From a virus (lineage: Duplodnaviria > Heunggongvirae > Uroviricota > Caudoviricetes), in the IMG/VR virus record IMGVR_UViG_2671180814_000001: DNA of 4,917 bases. One strand, written 5' to 3'. The notes below the pieces were generated by a model, which searched no databases, was not told the DNA's origin, and saw nothing but the letters and a program-made list of their open reading frames with translations. Of the stretch, positions 4,812 through 4,917 are shown piece after piece; positions within the stretch are counted from its first letter, which is position 1; every line of letters begins with the position of its first letter. Position numbers and translations under genes: made by a program.

Positions 4812-4844
4812 AAAAAATGGAAAAACCCGCTCGACGGCGGGTTT
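4812..4844 (-). terminator. Candidate tR' (terminator of the short late-promoter transcript, the target of Q antitermination)
   Basis: Minus-strand RNA AAACCCGC-CGUCGA-GCGGGUUU followed by UUCCAUUUUUU: a perfect 8-bp stem with a U-rich tail, about 110 nt upstream of the holin start. Confidence 0.55.
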
Positions 4845-4874
4845 AAGCTGTGTGACGAAGTAACCACTCTTAAC

Positions 4875-4903
4875 AGCATAACCAATTTTGGTGATGCTGC
4901 CAA
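4875..4903 (-). promoter_or_regulatory. Candidate sigma70 late promoter (pR'-like)
   Basis: On the minus strand: TTGGCA (-35, 4898-4903), a 17-nt spacer, and TATGCT (-10, 4875-4880). The predicted start is about 55 nt upstream of the terminator T-run. The Q gene would lie beyond the right edge of the window. Confidence 0.35.
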
Positions 4904-4917
4904 CTTACTGATTTAGT

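Noticed and set aside
1-4917. CRISPR array, tRNA/rRNA genes, IS elements or integrase
   Set aside because: No regularly spaced direct repeats, no tRNA-like cloverleaf candidates, no terminal inverted repeats with a transposase and no recombinase ORF were seen. The window is fully explained as phage late-region and packaging DNA.

Overview
This window reads as the late-region/packaging junction of a phage-21/DLP12-like lambdoid prophage from an enterobacterium (E. coli-like), with every convincing gene on the minus strand. Reading right to left: a candidate late promoter pR' and tR' terminator, a dual-start S21-type pinholin, a SAR endolysin, and an Rz/Rz1 spanin pair, followed by tandem intrinsic terminators. 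Next comes a translationally coupled two-gene cassette of unknown function (a KilA-N-like 165-aa protein and an 85-aa charged protein), then a 184-nt run of N. Left of the gap is the 3' end of a second endolysin, a second lambda-type Rz/Rz1 pair, a possible 47-aa coupled ORF, a terminator, a GC-rich segment, a cos site recognisably similar to lambda cosN/cosB, a Nu1-family small terminase and a large terminase that stops after 121 aa. The main open questions are whether the two-gene cassette wedged between two lysis modules is a real accessory (moron) system, and whether the apparent lysis-module duplication is genuine or a scaffolding artefact at the N gap. All protein and site assignments rest on reading the translations and on recalled family patterns; no searches were run.
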